From: Stegostoma tigrinum
Taxonomy: Eukaryota
Length of the DNA: 64,000 bases
Assembly: GCF_030684315.1 (NCBI RefSeq)
Contig: NC_081387.1
Location: 16,771,409-16,835,408 of the forward strand
Reading direction: 5' to 3'
This document shows positions 36,599 to 49,438 of this stretch, one piece after another (position 1 is the stretch's first letter; each line of letters starts with the position of its first letter). The notes below the pieces were generated by a model that was not told the DNA's origin, made no database searches, and worked only from the letters and a program-made list of their open reading frames with translations. The position numbers were made by a program, and so were the translations under genes.

Positions 36599-38719
36599 AA
36601 ATAGGCATGATAGAACATTCTGGTTTTCTGACCAGTGGAAACACAGGTGTCAGTTGCATTGGCCTACATAAACCTCACCACCCTAACTTGTTCACTCTTC
36701 CTGTCCAGAGAACAAGGCAGTTAATTCTTCAGTGTTTATTTAATGTACATCTCAGCTGCCATTGAGATAAGGTGGTTCCAGTTTTTAACCTTTATTTCCA
36801 GGTTTACCATGACCTCAAGTTGACTGGACCTTCTCCCAAACTGAAAATTGTAATGAACGAGTGAGAAGGATTTTAAGATGAGACCGTTATTGCCAATTTT
36901 GTTGCAGGGTGGAGGTCAGTTTGAACAGGATGTTTTTTGTTTTAAATGCTCACACTCTGTAATGAAGCACAATCGGTCAGTTAAGAGGTCACTTGTGTTT
37001 CCTCTCAGTTATTTTCAAGTTTTGATGTTAGGTGATACCTTCACATTGCACAGCATTGCCGGGGTTTTGAGTAAATATTGATTGGAAATAAAAATTAAGA
37101 CTTGGCACAACCTACGCTCAATACTAACTGGGACATATTACTGGAACATTTATTGTGGTTACTTAAGCACTAAAGAAGTAAACACCTTATGCTCTGGAAG
37201 GAAGGGCTAAGAATATATTTGCCCACAAACATTAACTTGAAACTTAAAGTTCCATTTAGCTGCAAGCTGTTTTTCTGTGTCAAACAAAGAGTCAGAAGGA
37301 TTTCACAAGCAAGTATTACAAGGCACCTTACCATTGTGTAAAAAAAAATGAGCATATGCCACTTGGAAATTTCTCACCTTTCAGCTATTATAATCTTGAT
37401 TCTTTAGCCACATTACATAAAATTGAAGGTTCATTCTTTGATGGGCCTTTTTTCTCAATAGTGACCTTTTGAGAAAGCTGAACTGGACAAGTGTCATGAT
37501 TTCTATTGTCCCACCTGTGAAAAGTAATAGCTGGAGATATAGGGAGGATTGGTGAAGGGTTTTGGTCTTACTGATGTTGAGTAAGAGACCATGCTTTTGT
37601 ATAGAGAGCTAAAGAAGTTGAGGGCAGTCAGAGCCATTGACAGTATTTTATGCCGATAACAAGTTATGAATGTGCTGAATGGTCATGTTACTCTTAGTTC
37701 TCAGCCTTTTGAGATTGAAGATTTTCTGTTGAATCAAAACTCAGTCACGACCTGTTGGAGAAGTTGGTTCTGAGGAACATCCATGACCACTGTTAGTCCT
37801 TTGCTAACTTTTTATTATTTTTGTTTTAACGCTTTATCAATTTTGAATTTTGTGTGCTAGAAATGACCTATGGATTTTGGCACAGCTTGTGTTTAAAGGA
37901 AAATAACATGCCAATCAAGTTTTGTTTGTTTATGAGGCCAGGCCAGGAGGTAGGATGTGCCTTCATTAAAAATGTTCTAACAGATACAGGAAAAATGGGA
38001 GGTGCATCGTTTTCAAACAGCTAGCAGAGGATGGCTATTGATAAGGTCAGTATTTGGGAATTGGTTCCAGCAAGTCTGGAAAGGACCCTATGTTCAAACA
38101 ACAAATGACAATTGACAATTTTGTTATTTTCTTTCATTTGCCCCTTAACTTTATTTTTGACAATCCTTTGTGTAGCTGGAGGCTGAAAACAAATGCTTCT
38201 GGCTTAAAGCACAGATATTAATCAGATTGTTGTGCTGTCTAGTTTTCTCTCTGCTGAAGTTATTGTGTATTTAATGAATAATTAAGACTGGAAATTAATT
38301 ATTCATGAAATCTAGGTTTGATTATTCAAAGTCTGATTAGGACTATTGGAGTGACTATTTGGGCACCTTTGACAGTTTAGTTTTACTGTATTGTGAAGAC
38401 GGAGGCTGTAAAGCTGATTTGGCTCTTCTGTCTGCCTCTGTGTCATAACATCAGATTTAGGTAAATAGTGAAGAGGTGATGCAATGACACAGACTTGCTT
38501 TATTCCAATTACAAAAAGGTTTAGATGTCAGTCCTTTGTAATGGATGGTTACTGCCGTACTGTCATGCAGAAATCAAAGGATAATAATATATTTTGTTCA
38601 ACATCCAGATCACTGGTCAACTTTCTAAAGGGCTTCGCAGCTGAAAAAGTAAAACTGGAGTCAATGGAAAACAGACAAAAAAATTCCAACAGATAAAACC
38701 ATTTCTAGCACATGTTTGC

Positions 38720-39650
38720 AGTTGTTGGTCGATCATCTCAGGTCATCACTGCTACTCATGGAGTTCCTCAGATGTAGTGTCCTCAGTCCAACTATCTTTA
38801 GCTGCTTCATCAATGACCTGCCCTCCATTATGGATAGAGATGTTTGCTCATGATGGCCCAATTTTCAGCCATGTTCACAAATCTTCAGATACTGAAGCAG
38901 TCCATTTCCAAATGCAGCAAGACCTGGACAATACCCAGATTTCAGCTGACAGTTGGCAAATAACAAGCATGCCACAAAAATGCTAGACAAAGACCATCTC
39001 CAACAAGACTGAATCTAACTTTTGCCCATTGATATTCAATGGCATTACTATCACTGTATTCCCAACTATTAGCATTCTGCGGGTTACAATTAACTTGGAA
39101 TTCTGCAGCATGTAACTCACCAAAACCTCACCACCTTTGAGAAGGCACAAGTCATGAGTGTGGGTCAATACTCCTCACTTGCCTGGACGTATTCAGCACC
39201 AATAACACTCAAGAAGCTTGATACCATCCAGGATAAAGTAGCTACTCGAATGACACCACTTTCACTCCCTCTACCATCGATACTTAGTGTGCATCACCTA
39301 AGATGCATAGCAGAAATTCATGACAGGCCCTTAGACAGAATTTTCCAAACCCATGACCATTAGCATCTAGAAGGACAAGAGCAGCAGATACATTGAAACT
39401 CTATCACCAGCAAATTCCCTTCTGGCCATTCATCATCCTGACTAGGAAATATATCACAATTTCTTTGGTGTTTTTGGGCCAAAACCCTGGAACGCCCTCC
39501 CTAATGACATTTGGATTACCTACAACAGCTGGAGTTCAGTATTTCAAGAAGGAAGCTCTGCACCGCTTTCTCAATGGTAACTAGGGACAGGCAGTAAATG
39601 CTAGAATTACCCTAGCCGGCACATTCCTACCCCATAAATGAATAAAAACA
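38720..39650 (+). mobile_element. CR1/L2-group LINE RT and 3' relic (5' part duplicated at approx. 34330-34709)
   Basis: Decayed GVPQGSVLGP..FINDL..MFAxD motifs; 3' tail ending aatgaataaaaa. Confidence 0.7.
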
Positions 39651-39988
39651 AATACTTTTTTTTAAAAAGCTAGGCTCAGGATGATGCAAGTCATTCCCAA
39701 TAAGAACCTTCCATGCAATTTGTTATTCCTCTTGCAATGTAATTTTAGATTTTTCAGGAAAGAAGTCTATTGAACACCAAGTAGTTTTGTAATTGCACAT
39801 TAAATGTAAATCTCCTGCAAGAAGTACATCCCAAAAGGAAAGGCAAGCGTTATGGAAAAATAAACAAGTGTTTTGCACTCTGTAATACAGCCAGTGCAAG
39901 CATGATGGGCCAAATAGCCTCCTTTTGCACTGAAATAATTTTGTGAAAAAAACAGTACTCTTATCTTTCCACAGAATATTTTACTTAC

Positions 39989-40044
39989 CCAACCCCTCTG
40001 AGCAGTCTTTTTCTTTACTGTTTGTTTCTGAGTTCGATTACAAC
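39989..40044 (-). CDS. Gene B exon 4: basic juxtamembrane cytoplasmic segment (GCNRTQKQTVKKKTAQRGW)
   Basis: 56-nt phase 1-0 exon; acceptor tttttcccctttag|, donor TGG|gtaagt. Confidence 0.75.
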
Positions 40045-40803
40045 CTAAAGGGGAAAAATCTCTGTTAATTTTCCGTGGGGATTGGCCGACTGTTGTCCCC
40101 ACAACACACTATTTTACATCAATCACTCCACAATAAAATGATCCTGCAGTTTAATAAAAGATGGATTAATGTAGAAGTTGAAGATCTCATATTGCCATTT
40201 CATTTTCACAGGTCATTTATGTGACTGAATTTCATGGGTCTGCACTGCATGTGCATGTTGGTTAAATTGTAAATTAGGATTTTCTCTTCTGAATGCCCAA
40301 GGTTAATATTGCAGACTATTGCTATTCAGTAAATGGCTCTGTTTGCTTATTTTACTATTTTTTTTTCTGCCCTACAGTTGTTTTAATAAAGCTGTTCAGA
40401 TGCTATTATACAACTCTAGAGCAGGCAGGATTTGAAGTTGGGTCTCCTGGGTCAGAGGCTGGGCACTACCATGGCACCACAACGATATAAAACATTTCTT
40501 GCACTCAATCCCTTTAGAATTCCTGTCCTACCCCTCCCTACAGCTGCACTGTACAGCACTTTGGGTACAAGACAACAAAAGGTTGGAAATGAAGTAGACA
40601 ATACCTCAAAAGCAAATAAGGAATAAAGAAAAAGATCAATTTATTTCCATGTTACTGAACTGAACTTACTTGGAACAGAGAAAAATATTCCTTCATCAAT
40701 TTCCCTGACTTACAGATGAGCATTTTCCATCCGTGTTGCAATAATAAATGCAGAGTCAGCACGTGTCAGGCACCTGAGACTGTCTCACAACATGACCACT
40801 TAC

Positions 40804-40905
40804 CTGTTTGTGTCTTCACAGTGAAACACAAGAAGATCAAAATAACAGCAAGGCTAGCATAGCGAATTTTGGCTTCAGCTCTTGGTGCTCGTTTTGCCTC
40901 TGTAA
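40804..40905 (-). CDS. Gene B exon 3: stalk plus transmembrane segment (VTEAKRAPRAEAKIRYASLAVILIFLCFTVKTQT)
   Basis: 102-nt phase 1-1 exon; acceptor ttttcttaatgcgcag|, donor ACA G|gtaagt. Confidence 0.78.
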
Positions 40906-41369
40906 CTGCGCATTAAGAAAAGATTTTGTCATTACACTGAAATAGCAGGAAAGCTCACTTCTTTTTTCATCCCAAGACATTCATTTGGGACAGGAGGAAG
41001 CGTTTGTGTCCTTCAGCTACATTAACGTTTCCAATTCATTTCCTCATCTTAGCTCGCTGCCCTGATTGAATTAAATGAACTTTTTACACTGTTATTCAGA
41101 AAGATGATGATCATAAACATTTTTTGCTTAATGTAGTTTGTAACCTGTCCTACAAAGTAACTTTGTATGGCTTCTACAGAGATTACAATGTTTTGTAGAC
41201 TTTAGATACTTCAGTTGGGTGTAGATATCAGATGAATAAATTGAATCATTTACATAAATATTAAGAAATGGGAGACAGGGTGGGCTTTTGACCCTTTGGA
41301 CTTGTTCTGCCATTCACCAAGATCATGGCTGACCTTTGACTCCATTCATACGATCAATCCATTGACCTT

Positions 41370-41720
41370 GCCACGGTGGCTCAGTGGTTAGCACTGCTGC
41401 CTCACAGTGCTAGGGACCCAGGTTTGATTCCAACCTCAGACGACTTGTCTATGTGGAGTTTGCACATTCTCTCCACATCTGACTGGGTTTCTGCTAGGTA
41501 CTCTGGTTTCCTCCCACAGTCCAAAGATGTGCAGGTTAGGTGGATTGGCCATGCTAAATTGCCCCATAGTGTCCAGGGATGTGTAGGCTTGGTGCATTAA
41601 CCACGGAAAATACAGAGTTACAGGGATATGGAAGGGGGCAGATCTGGGTGGGACGCCCTTCAGAGGGCCAATGTGGACTTGGGCCGAATGATCTATTTCC
41701 ACATTGTGGGGGTTCTATGT
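41370..41720 (+). mobile_element. HE1-type SINE
   Basis: cacggtggctcagtggttagcactgctgcctcacag..ggtttgattcc. Confidence 0.85.
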
Positions 41721-42669
41721 TTCTCTGACTGGAACATACCCAACCACTTAGCATCCATCGCTCTCTGTGGTTGAGAAATCCAGGGATTTACAACTTTCTA
41801 GACATAAGACATAGCTGCAAAAGTAGGCCACTCAGCCCATTGAGTCTGCTCCACCATTCAATGAAATTATGGCTGTTCAGACAATCCTCAAAACTAGTTT
41901 CCTGAAAAATCCACATAACCTTTTTCTCCCTTACTGATTAAAAATCTGTCTATATCTGCTTTGAATACACTTAATGGACCAATGTTAATATACCTCTACA
42001 GATCTCCTCAAGTTAGTTGAAAGAAAAAGATGACCTTTACCCTGATTCTATGAAGTTAACTCATTCTACCTTTGGCCTTTAACCCTTGATCTATAGGAGC
42101 ATTGCATCTTTTTTAAACTTATTTTTGCTTACCCATAATATGTCAAGAAAGTTGGGTCATCTTGCCTTCCCTGTGTCTGAATGTGTGTATGTCTGAGATA
42201 AATAGGAATCTAAGTTAAGTCTATATAGTAGTTTAGATGGAAACTGGTGCTTCTACTATTGTAAAAATATAATTTGTTTGAGTTTGTTGAACAAACCTGA
42301 TGAAATGCCTTTTGCAATAGGTAATAGCAATGAATGGAAAAGAAAATGACAATTTATGGTGATTAAAGAAAACTGTACACTTAGAGTAATGGGACTTATT
42401 ACCAGCACACTCTTCATGTTTCAGTCAAAACTTTGTCCAAATAGTACAGGCATACATGTGGTACTATTAGACAGGCAATTCTAGGATTTTGACCCAATGA
42501 GTGAAGCAGCAGCGATAAAATTCCAAATCAGATTTTGAAACAAACCAACAATCAATGGTTTTCCCATACATCTGCTTTGTTCTTCTAAATGCTGGAGTTT
42601 TCAGGTTTGGAAGAAGGCTTAATGCAGTGGTGTAATCCATCTTGTAGATGGTACACCCTATTGCCCATG

Positions 42670-42980
42670 GGGTAGCATGGTGGCCCAATGGTTAGCATTG
42701 CTGCCTCACAGCACCAGGGACCCAGACTCAATTCCACCCTAGGGTGCCTGTCTGTGTGGAGTTTGCACACTCTCCCCTTGTCTGTGTGAGTTTCCTCTGG
42801 GTGCTGAAGTTTCCTCCTACAGTCCAAATATATGGTGGATTGACCAGGCTAGATTGTCCATAGTGGCCAGGGATAGTAGGCTAAGTGGATTAGCAAAGGA
42901 AAATGTAAGGTTACAAGAATGCTCTTCAGAAGTTCTGAATAGGGATGAATAGCCTGCTTCCACCCTTATGGATTCTATGC
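42670..42980 (+). mobile_element. HE1-type SINE inserted in a LINE 3' relic
   Basis: tRNA head and body as above. Confidence 0.8.
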
Positions 42981-44329
42981 ACACCAGAGGTGGAGGGATG
43001 GAATGTTTAAAGCACCAGATGGCATCAACCTTCTTGAATGTTGTTGAAGCTGCACTCAGACTGTATATTCCTGACTTTTGTCTTGCAGGTGATGGATTCT
43101 GGTAAGTCAGGAGTTAAGTTGACTGAATTTCCAGTGTGCTTACTCTGCATGCAGAAATTCAAGAAGACCGTTCAATACCACCTTCTCAAGGGCAATAGGA
43201 TGGGCAATAAATGCTGGCTGAGGCCAGTGATGCCAGATGATAATATCCCATGTCTGGAAAGAAGATCACCAGTTTTGTTTACCAAATTGTGGCTCCATCT
43301 CAAATTACACATGATAGAAAGGGACCATTAACCTCCTATACCTTTTGGAAACAGATTTCAGAGTTTTCCACTCAACATTTCTTTCATTGCAAACATTTTG
43401 TTTTTTTCCCCAAAGTCAACAGTTGACAAAAACAAACCAAGGTGATAATATGACAAGAACAGCTGTTGAAGAATAGATTTCTAGATATTCCAAAGTACTT
43501 AATGGATATGTATTTCAACATATTTCTATCAAACCCTACTTTCAGTAAAATTATCTTGCAACTCAAAAACACATTTTATATCTGCTGATCAGAGCAAATA
43601 AATTAAAAGTGAAGACATAACATTAGAAACACTTGAGGACTTAACGTAGCATTTTATGAGACAGATTCAGTTCAACAATTTTCATTTGTGTTCTGTTGGG
43701 AGGAATAGTTAGCCATTGTCAGTGTGGGAAAAACATGTTAATGCTATTTAAATCTTTATCAGGAAAACTAATGTGGTCCAGTTGCAAATTACTGAAATGG
43801 ATCCATTGACTTACACACCGACCTTATTTCAATTTGTACTTCAGATAGAAAGAATTGCAAAATTATTTCCTGTTTGCTGAAAGATACCCTTAAAACCTAA
43901 TTGTCATGTAAGGTTGCACAATTTTAGTCTTGGTATCAGACATCAGAATTGCCACTGGTGTCTCCTTGAACTTTGTATTAAGCAAAGCATTTGAACATAG
44001 GACCAGGAGTAGGCTTTTCGGGCCATAGAAACGATTATGCTGGTCAGTATTTCAACTTCATTTACCCATTTTGGTCCCTTAATAATACCCTGAGTGTACA
44101 AGAATGTATTTGCGTCCATTCGGAACCTGTTTTGGGACCATATCCTTAAACGATTTGGACTTGGGAATCTGCAGTTTGTGGAGTATACCAAGTGGGGACA
44201 TTGATTTATTATGAAAGACCATGCCAAAATATAAAACGATATCCACCAATTTACAGAATTTGCACGGAATTATCAGCGTAAGGCATGGTTCCACATTTAG
44301 GTTAGAAGAATAAGGAGATCATATACTTA

Positions 44330-44915
44330 GAGTCATTTGGAATGGAACAGACTCTTCAGACCTTGTTCCTAATCTAAACTATTCCCACCTGCCTGTGTTT
44401 GACCTATATCCTTCCAACCCTTTCCTATTCCTGTACTCATCCAAATGTCTAGTAAATGTTGTAACTGCAACTGCATCACTTCCTCTAGCAGCTCATTCTA
44501 CATGCCATTCTCTTTGTAAAAAGCTGTCCCCGTGTCCTTTTTAAATCTTTCCCTTCTCATCTTAAAAATACACCCTTAGTTTTGAACTCCTCCACCCCAG
44601 GGAAAAGACATTTACTGCTCACCATATCTACGCCACCCATGTTTTTGTAAACATCTGTAGAGTCACGCCTCAAGCTCCTGCACTCCGATGAAAAATATCC
44701 CAGCTTTTAATTCAAACTGTCCAGTTTCAGCAACAATCTGGTAGATCTTTTCTGAACCCTGTCATGAACCCCTAACATGATGTCCCAACTCTTATAGTCA
44801 ACCATTTAAGCAATGAAGGCAAGTATGCCAAGTGTTTTCTTAAATATCTTGCCTACCTGTTATACAAATTTCAACGAATTATGTACCTGAACCCCTGGGT
44901 CTCTCTGTTGTAAAG
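44330..44915 (-). mobile_element. CR1-type LINE fragment
   Basis: Similar to 7310-8060 and 8945-9540. Confidence 0.7.
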
Positions 44916-44982
44916 AACATCTTGGGCAAACAACAGTTGAAAAGAAAAGGGATTGAGAAGACTAAAAACGTTATTAAGGCCA

Positions 44983-45105
44983 GTAATAGTCAGAACTGCA
45001 GAGGCTGGAGAATCTGACATAACAAGGTGTAGAGCTGGATGAACACAGCAGGCCAAGCAGCATCAGAGGAGCAGGAAGGCTAACGTTTTGGCCCTAGACC
45101 CTTCT
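44983..45105 (-). mobile_element. Penelope-derived 3'-end fragment
   Basis: Reverse complement of the same family (gctggatgaacacagcaggccaagcagcatc). Confidence 0.7.
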
Positions 45106-45809
45106 AGCTGAGCAAAGACTGAAAACTGCTAAACAAAACCTGGTGGGGTACATATCTAGAAGAATAGGATTCAAAATTAGAATGCTATGTCAAGTGTACA
45201 TGGATCATTGCTTGCTCACATTCTGAAGACCGTGCAATATGGCCTTCACCCTGCAAACTATAAAAAAAACTCACCGGTGAAAGTGATCAAAAGATTTCCC
45301 GGACATTCTAATACATTACAACTATTAGGAAAGACCAAATAGATTCTTGTCTATTCTCTAGAAAAGGGAAGACTATGTTTTCACAGTTGAAACAGAGGAA
45401 AATAAAAGTAACAAGATCAACACATCAAATTTTGGCTGGGGCTGACTTCTTGTCTGTATATATGCAATGAGTAAAGCTTCATTCAATTTACCAATATAAT
45501 AAGAACAATCACGAATATTAAATGTTATTCCACTGCATTAATTTAACCTGAGAGCACATTGATCTGGCAGAAACATATACTTCATCAATGAGTTATCTAT
45601 ATTCGGTTTCTATATTCTAAATTGTTGTTATGATTGAATTAAAAGTTTCTAATTAATTATTTAAGTATAGAATCTTTATATTTTCCATTTAATGTAGTTT
45701 TTAATCTTAAATACTGGTTAAATGAATAACCTAACTTAATTACAGCCATCTCCTGATGGCGCAGATTTCCTAAAATTCTGAAGGCCCTTAACGTTATGAT
45801 TTTAACTTC

Positions 45810-46295
45810 ATAGAATCATCATATCTCTACAGTGTGGAAACAGGCCATTCAGCCCAACAAATCCACACTGCCCCTCTGCAAAACCTCCCACCAGACCCAT
45901 TCCACTAATTTCCCCATGTCTAACCCATCTAACCTAACCATCTCTAGACATTAAGGGCAATTTAGCATGGCCAATTCATCTACCCTGCACATTTTTCTGC
46001 AGGCCATTCAGCCCAACAAATCCACACTGCCCCTCTGCAAAACCTCCCACCAGACCCATTCCACTAATTTCCCCATGTCTAACCCATCTAACCTAACCAT
46101 CTCTAGACATTAAGGGCAATTTAGCATGGCCAATTCATCTACCCTGCACATTTTTCTGCTATGGGAGGAAACCAGAGCACCTGGGAAACCCTCTACTGGT
46201 AAAATGTGCAAACTTCACAGAGACAGTCAACCAAGGCTGGGATTGAACCTGGATCACTGGCACTGTCAGGCAGCAGTGCTAACCACTGAGCTGCT
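45810..46295 (-). mobile_element. HE1-type SINE with an internal 159-bp tandem duplication
   Basis: 45841-45999 repeated at 46000-46158. Confidence 0.85.
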
Positions 46296-46629
46296 AAATA
46301 TAAGGTGGACAAAATTAAATCCTTTCCTAGACCCTAGTATTGACCCATAATACCTGCACACCAGACAGGTTCACTGTCCAGGAACCAAACATGTTTCCCT
46401 CCATTGTATATTAGGTTAGTCTCCATTGAAATACCACATTTATAGGTTATTCACTGCTTAATTCTTGCTTTACTCCTCTTGTTTGCACCTAATATGTATA
46501 ATCCTTTTTCATGGCTAGCCATTGGAGTATTTATGTTTAATACTTAACCATTTACGTAATTTGTTACAGTTCTAAACTTGTTGGGGTGGCAGGGGGGATT
46601 GCAAGAGCAAAGGGACCTGGGTTATAGGA

Positions 46630-46826
46630 AGTAAAAACCGAAAGAACTACGGATAGTGTAAATCAGAAACAAAAACATATGTTACAGGAAAAAGTCTGCG
46701 AGCCTGGCAGTGAGGAGAAAATCAGAGTTGACATTTCAGGTCCGGAATGGTCATCGGAGCCCAAACGTTAAATCTGATTTCTCTGCACAGATGCTGAGCT
46801 TTTCCAGCAATTTCTGTTTTTGTTAC
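46630..46826. mobile_element. Palindromic element of a second Penelope-derived family
   Basis: Diverged inverted arms centred near 46750; same family as 29415-29510, 47440-47573 and 50458-50585. Confidence 0.62.
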
Positions 46827-47542
46827 TGGCTTATAGGAACTAGAGAAGTGAACGGAACCAAGCCAATCACCACAGTCATACAGAACTACAGCATAGAAAC
46901 AGACCCTTCGGTCCGACTCGCCCATGCCCACCAGATATTCTAAAATTAATCGCGTTGGGAACTGAATAGTTTGTGGTTGGTTATTCAATTTGTCCCTGGC
47001 TATTCCACCCTGCTTTCTGACGATGTTAAGCTGCATCTCATATTTGGTTATACCATCCTGGTGGGGAGAACGAAATTCTATAGTTCACCACGTTTACTTC
47101 AGATAGAACTGCATTGCGTAAACAATGAAAGATTTATCACAATTTATTCACCCTGAGCTGGACCTTTGATCCCATTCTGGACAGGCTATGGATAGGACTT
47201 CAAGGCCTTGGAAAATGGGCAGTGGGAATTTCTAAAATTAGACCAAGACTGGAGGCTTCAATTGTGTGGGGAGGCTAGAGAAATCTCCCAGTTCCTTATA
47301 GGAAATATTAAGAGGAGGTGCAGTAGACGTAGATTGGGTCTTAACAGCGTAAGTGAGTAGAGTTAGACGATGTAGAACCGGAGGAGACGGACTGAGATAA
47401 TTACCTCAAAGAAGCAGGGAAGGAATTAGGGGATACTAAATAAAAACTGAAAGAACTGTGGATGCTGTAAATCAGGAACAAAAAAAATGTTGCTGGCAAA
47501 GCTCAGCACGTCTGACAGCATCTGTGAAGGAGAAAACTGAAT

Positions 47543-47573
47543 TAACATTTCGGGCCCGGTGACCCTTCCTCAG
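47543..47573 (-). ncRNA. Hammerhead-like motif of a second Penelope-derived family
   Basis: CUGAGGA-A-GGGUC(ACCG)GGCCC-GAAA-UGUUA. Confidence 0.55.
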
Positions 47574-48161
47574 ACATGAGGGCAAGTTTTTTAAAGCAGT
47601 GAGCGGTAGTGATCTGGAATGCGCTGTCCCAAAGTGCGGACACCGCATATTCAACAGTAACGTTCTAAAGGGAATTGAGTACCCAGCTGAAAAGGAACAG
47701 ACTGTGGGGCCACCAGGAAAGAGCAGCGGTTGGGGTGGGGCCTAATTAGACACAATTCCAAAGAGCCAGCATGGGCTCAGAGGGCCGAGAGACCTCTTTA
47801 CGTGCTGCAGGATTCTGTTTGACCTTCGGCTTTAAAGTAGTGGTTGATTATAACATGACAGAAGATGCAATACTGCCGGATCTCAGACTTGCTAAGGGCC
47901 GTGAATTCCACGGGAAAGTGTGGGCCCTTGTGTGTGTCTGAGGGAGTTCGTCATGTTTTAGCTTCAGTAATACAAGGGATTCAATGATAGAAGCTCAGGA
48001 ACCAATCGCCTCCCTGCTGAGGAATGAAAGGTTTGTGCTAGTTGCTGTTTAGAGCAGTTTATTCCAGAAAGTGATCATGTCAGTGATTCACTTTGAGGCT
48101 AAAGTAACTCAGTAGCGACTGAGTTACAGCTCACTGCATTCCCCTCACATCAACTGTCCTC

Positions 48162-48303
48162 AGGGATAGTAAGAACTGCCGATGCTGGAGAATCTGAAAG
48201 AACAAGGTCTAGAGGTGGTGAAGGGTCTAGACCCGAAACGTCAGCCTTCCTGCTCCTCTGATGCTGCTTGGCCTGCTGTGTCCATCCAGCTCTACACCTC
48301 AAT
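48162..48303. mobile_element. Short Penelope-derived element with inverted 5' piece and 14-bp TSD
   Basis: Flanks catcaactgtcctc (48148-48161) and cattaactgtcctc (48304-48317); contains tgaagggtctagacccgaaacgtc. Confidence 0.8.
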
Positions 48304-49063
48304 CATTAACTGTCCTCCTATGTGAATGGGAAACTGTGGGGATAAGTCAGGGTGAGAAGGATATTTGCAGCTGATTCTCTCACTTTAAAACGAATGGGTC
48401 AAAAACTAGATTAAAGGCATAACTAAATCTTGTAACTCCGGCTCAGTGACCTGAGAAGGGATGTCCGGATTTTGTGAAGGGAATGACTGTTAGGCACGAG
48501 GTCCAACCCTAACATTTCCTGGTCAGATCAGTGGGGCCGATGGAATGATTTTACAATACTCCACCTTCCTGTTGCTTCCTCTAACCCCCCATCCTCTGAA
48601 ATCTGTGTTTCACCAGCCCCCACCCCATCCATTTCTGCATTCCTGAGTTTCCTGGGTTAGATATTCCCAGCGCTGCTGTCCAGATCCTAGCTCTGAGAAT
48701 TCCCGGCCCGAGCTCCCCTAAACCTCTGCATTTCTTGCCCCGTTCAGTGAGGGGAAGGGAGGGGGCTGTCCCCGAACCCTCCCTCTTTGGTCACCAGTCC
48801 TGACACTATCCTGGGTGGGCCGGGGGGTTATCCGTCTGTGAGGTGTCTCGGGAACATTTCACTGGTAATGAAACTTGAGTGCGAGAGACACCGTTTTCAT
48901 CATCAACGTTCCCGTTAAAAAAAGTGAAAATAGAAAATGAGAAACATTTTGTGACCCATGTTCACATTTTCGTACAATACCCAACAGCTGACAACCAGTC
49001 AAAATAAAGACATTTTGTTTTGGAAATTTGTTCATAAAATTAAATAAAACGAACCAACACTAC

Positions 49064-49438
49064 CCATTCCGCCGCCCGTGCCGTTCCGCACTGTTAATAT
49101 GACCCTGGCCATTTCTGTTCCCTCCGAGTGACTGATAGACAATTCATAAATCCCGCCGTCATTGAAATGTAAATCCCGCAGCAGCAATGAAGCATTCTCT
49201 GGGAAATGAACGACTCGGTGTTTGTCGTCACCGGGAACCGGCAGGTAGTGACAGAGCTCCGAGCGCCTGCTGTCTCTGTTCGATATGCACCTATAGTCCA
49301 CTATTCTGGTTCCAGCTCTGTTCCACCTGATCCGCAGGTAACCGCCTGGGTCTGACAGATTGTAAGAGACGGCGAGCAGCGCAGACTGACCAACGGTTCC
49401 ATTCACGCGGTCCTGGTCCACCCTCAGTGTTACAGCAG
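49064..49438 (-). CDS. Gene B exon 2: HEPACAM/VSTM5-like Ig V-set domain
   Basis: 375-nt phase 1-1 exon; NGTVGQSALLAVSY..IRW..ENASLLLRDLHFNDGGIYELSI..VILTV resembles the HEPACAM V domain; acceptor ctccgccttcag|, donor G|gtagtg. Confidence 0.9.

Larger units (their letters stand above)
31542..39098. repeat. Tandem segmental duplication: unit A 31542-34709, unit B 34710-39098 (A lacks 1222 bp present in B)
   Basis: Near-identical sequence at offsets 3168 and 4390/4389; paired ORFs 32488/36878 and 34095/38484. Confidence 0.95.

Noticed and set aside
41370-41435. tRNA-like A and B boxes
   Set aside because: Heads of HE1-type SINEs, not tRNA genes
43813-43880. Exon-like segment between the V and TM exons of gene B
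   Set aside because: Stops in the phase-1 frame from either acceptor
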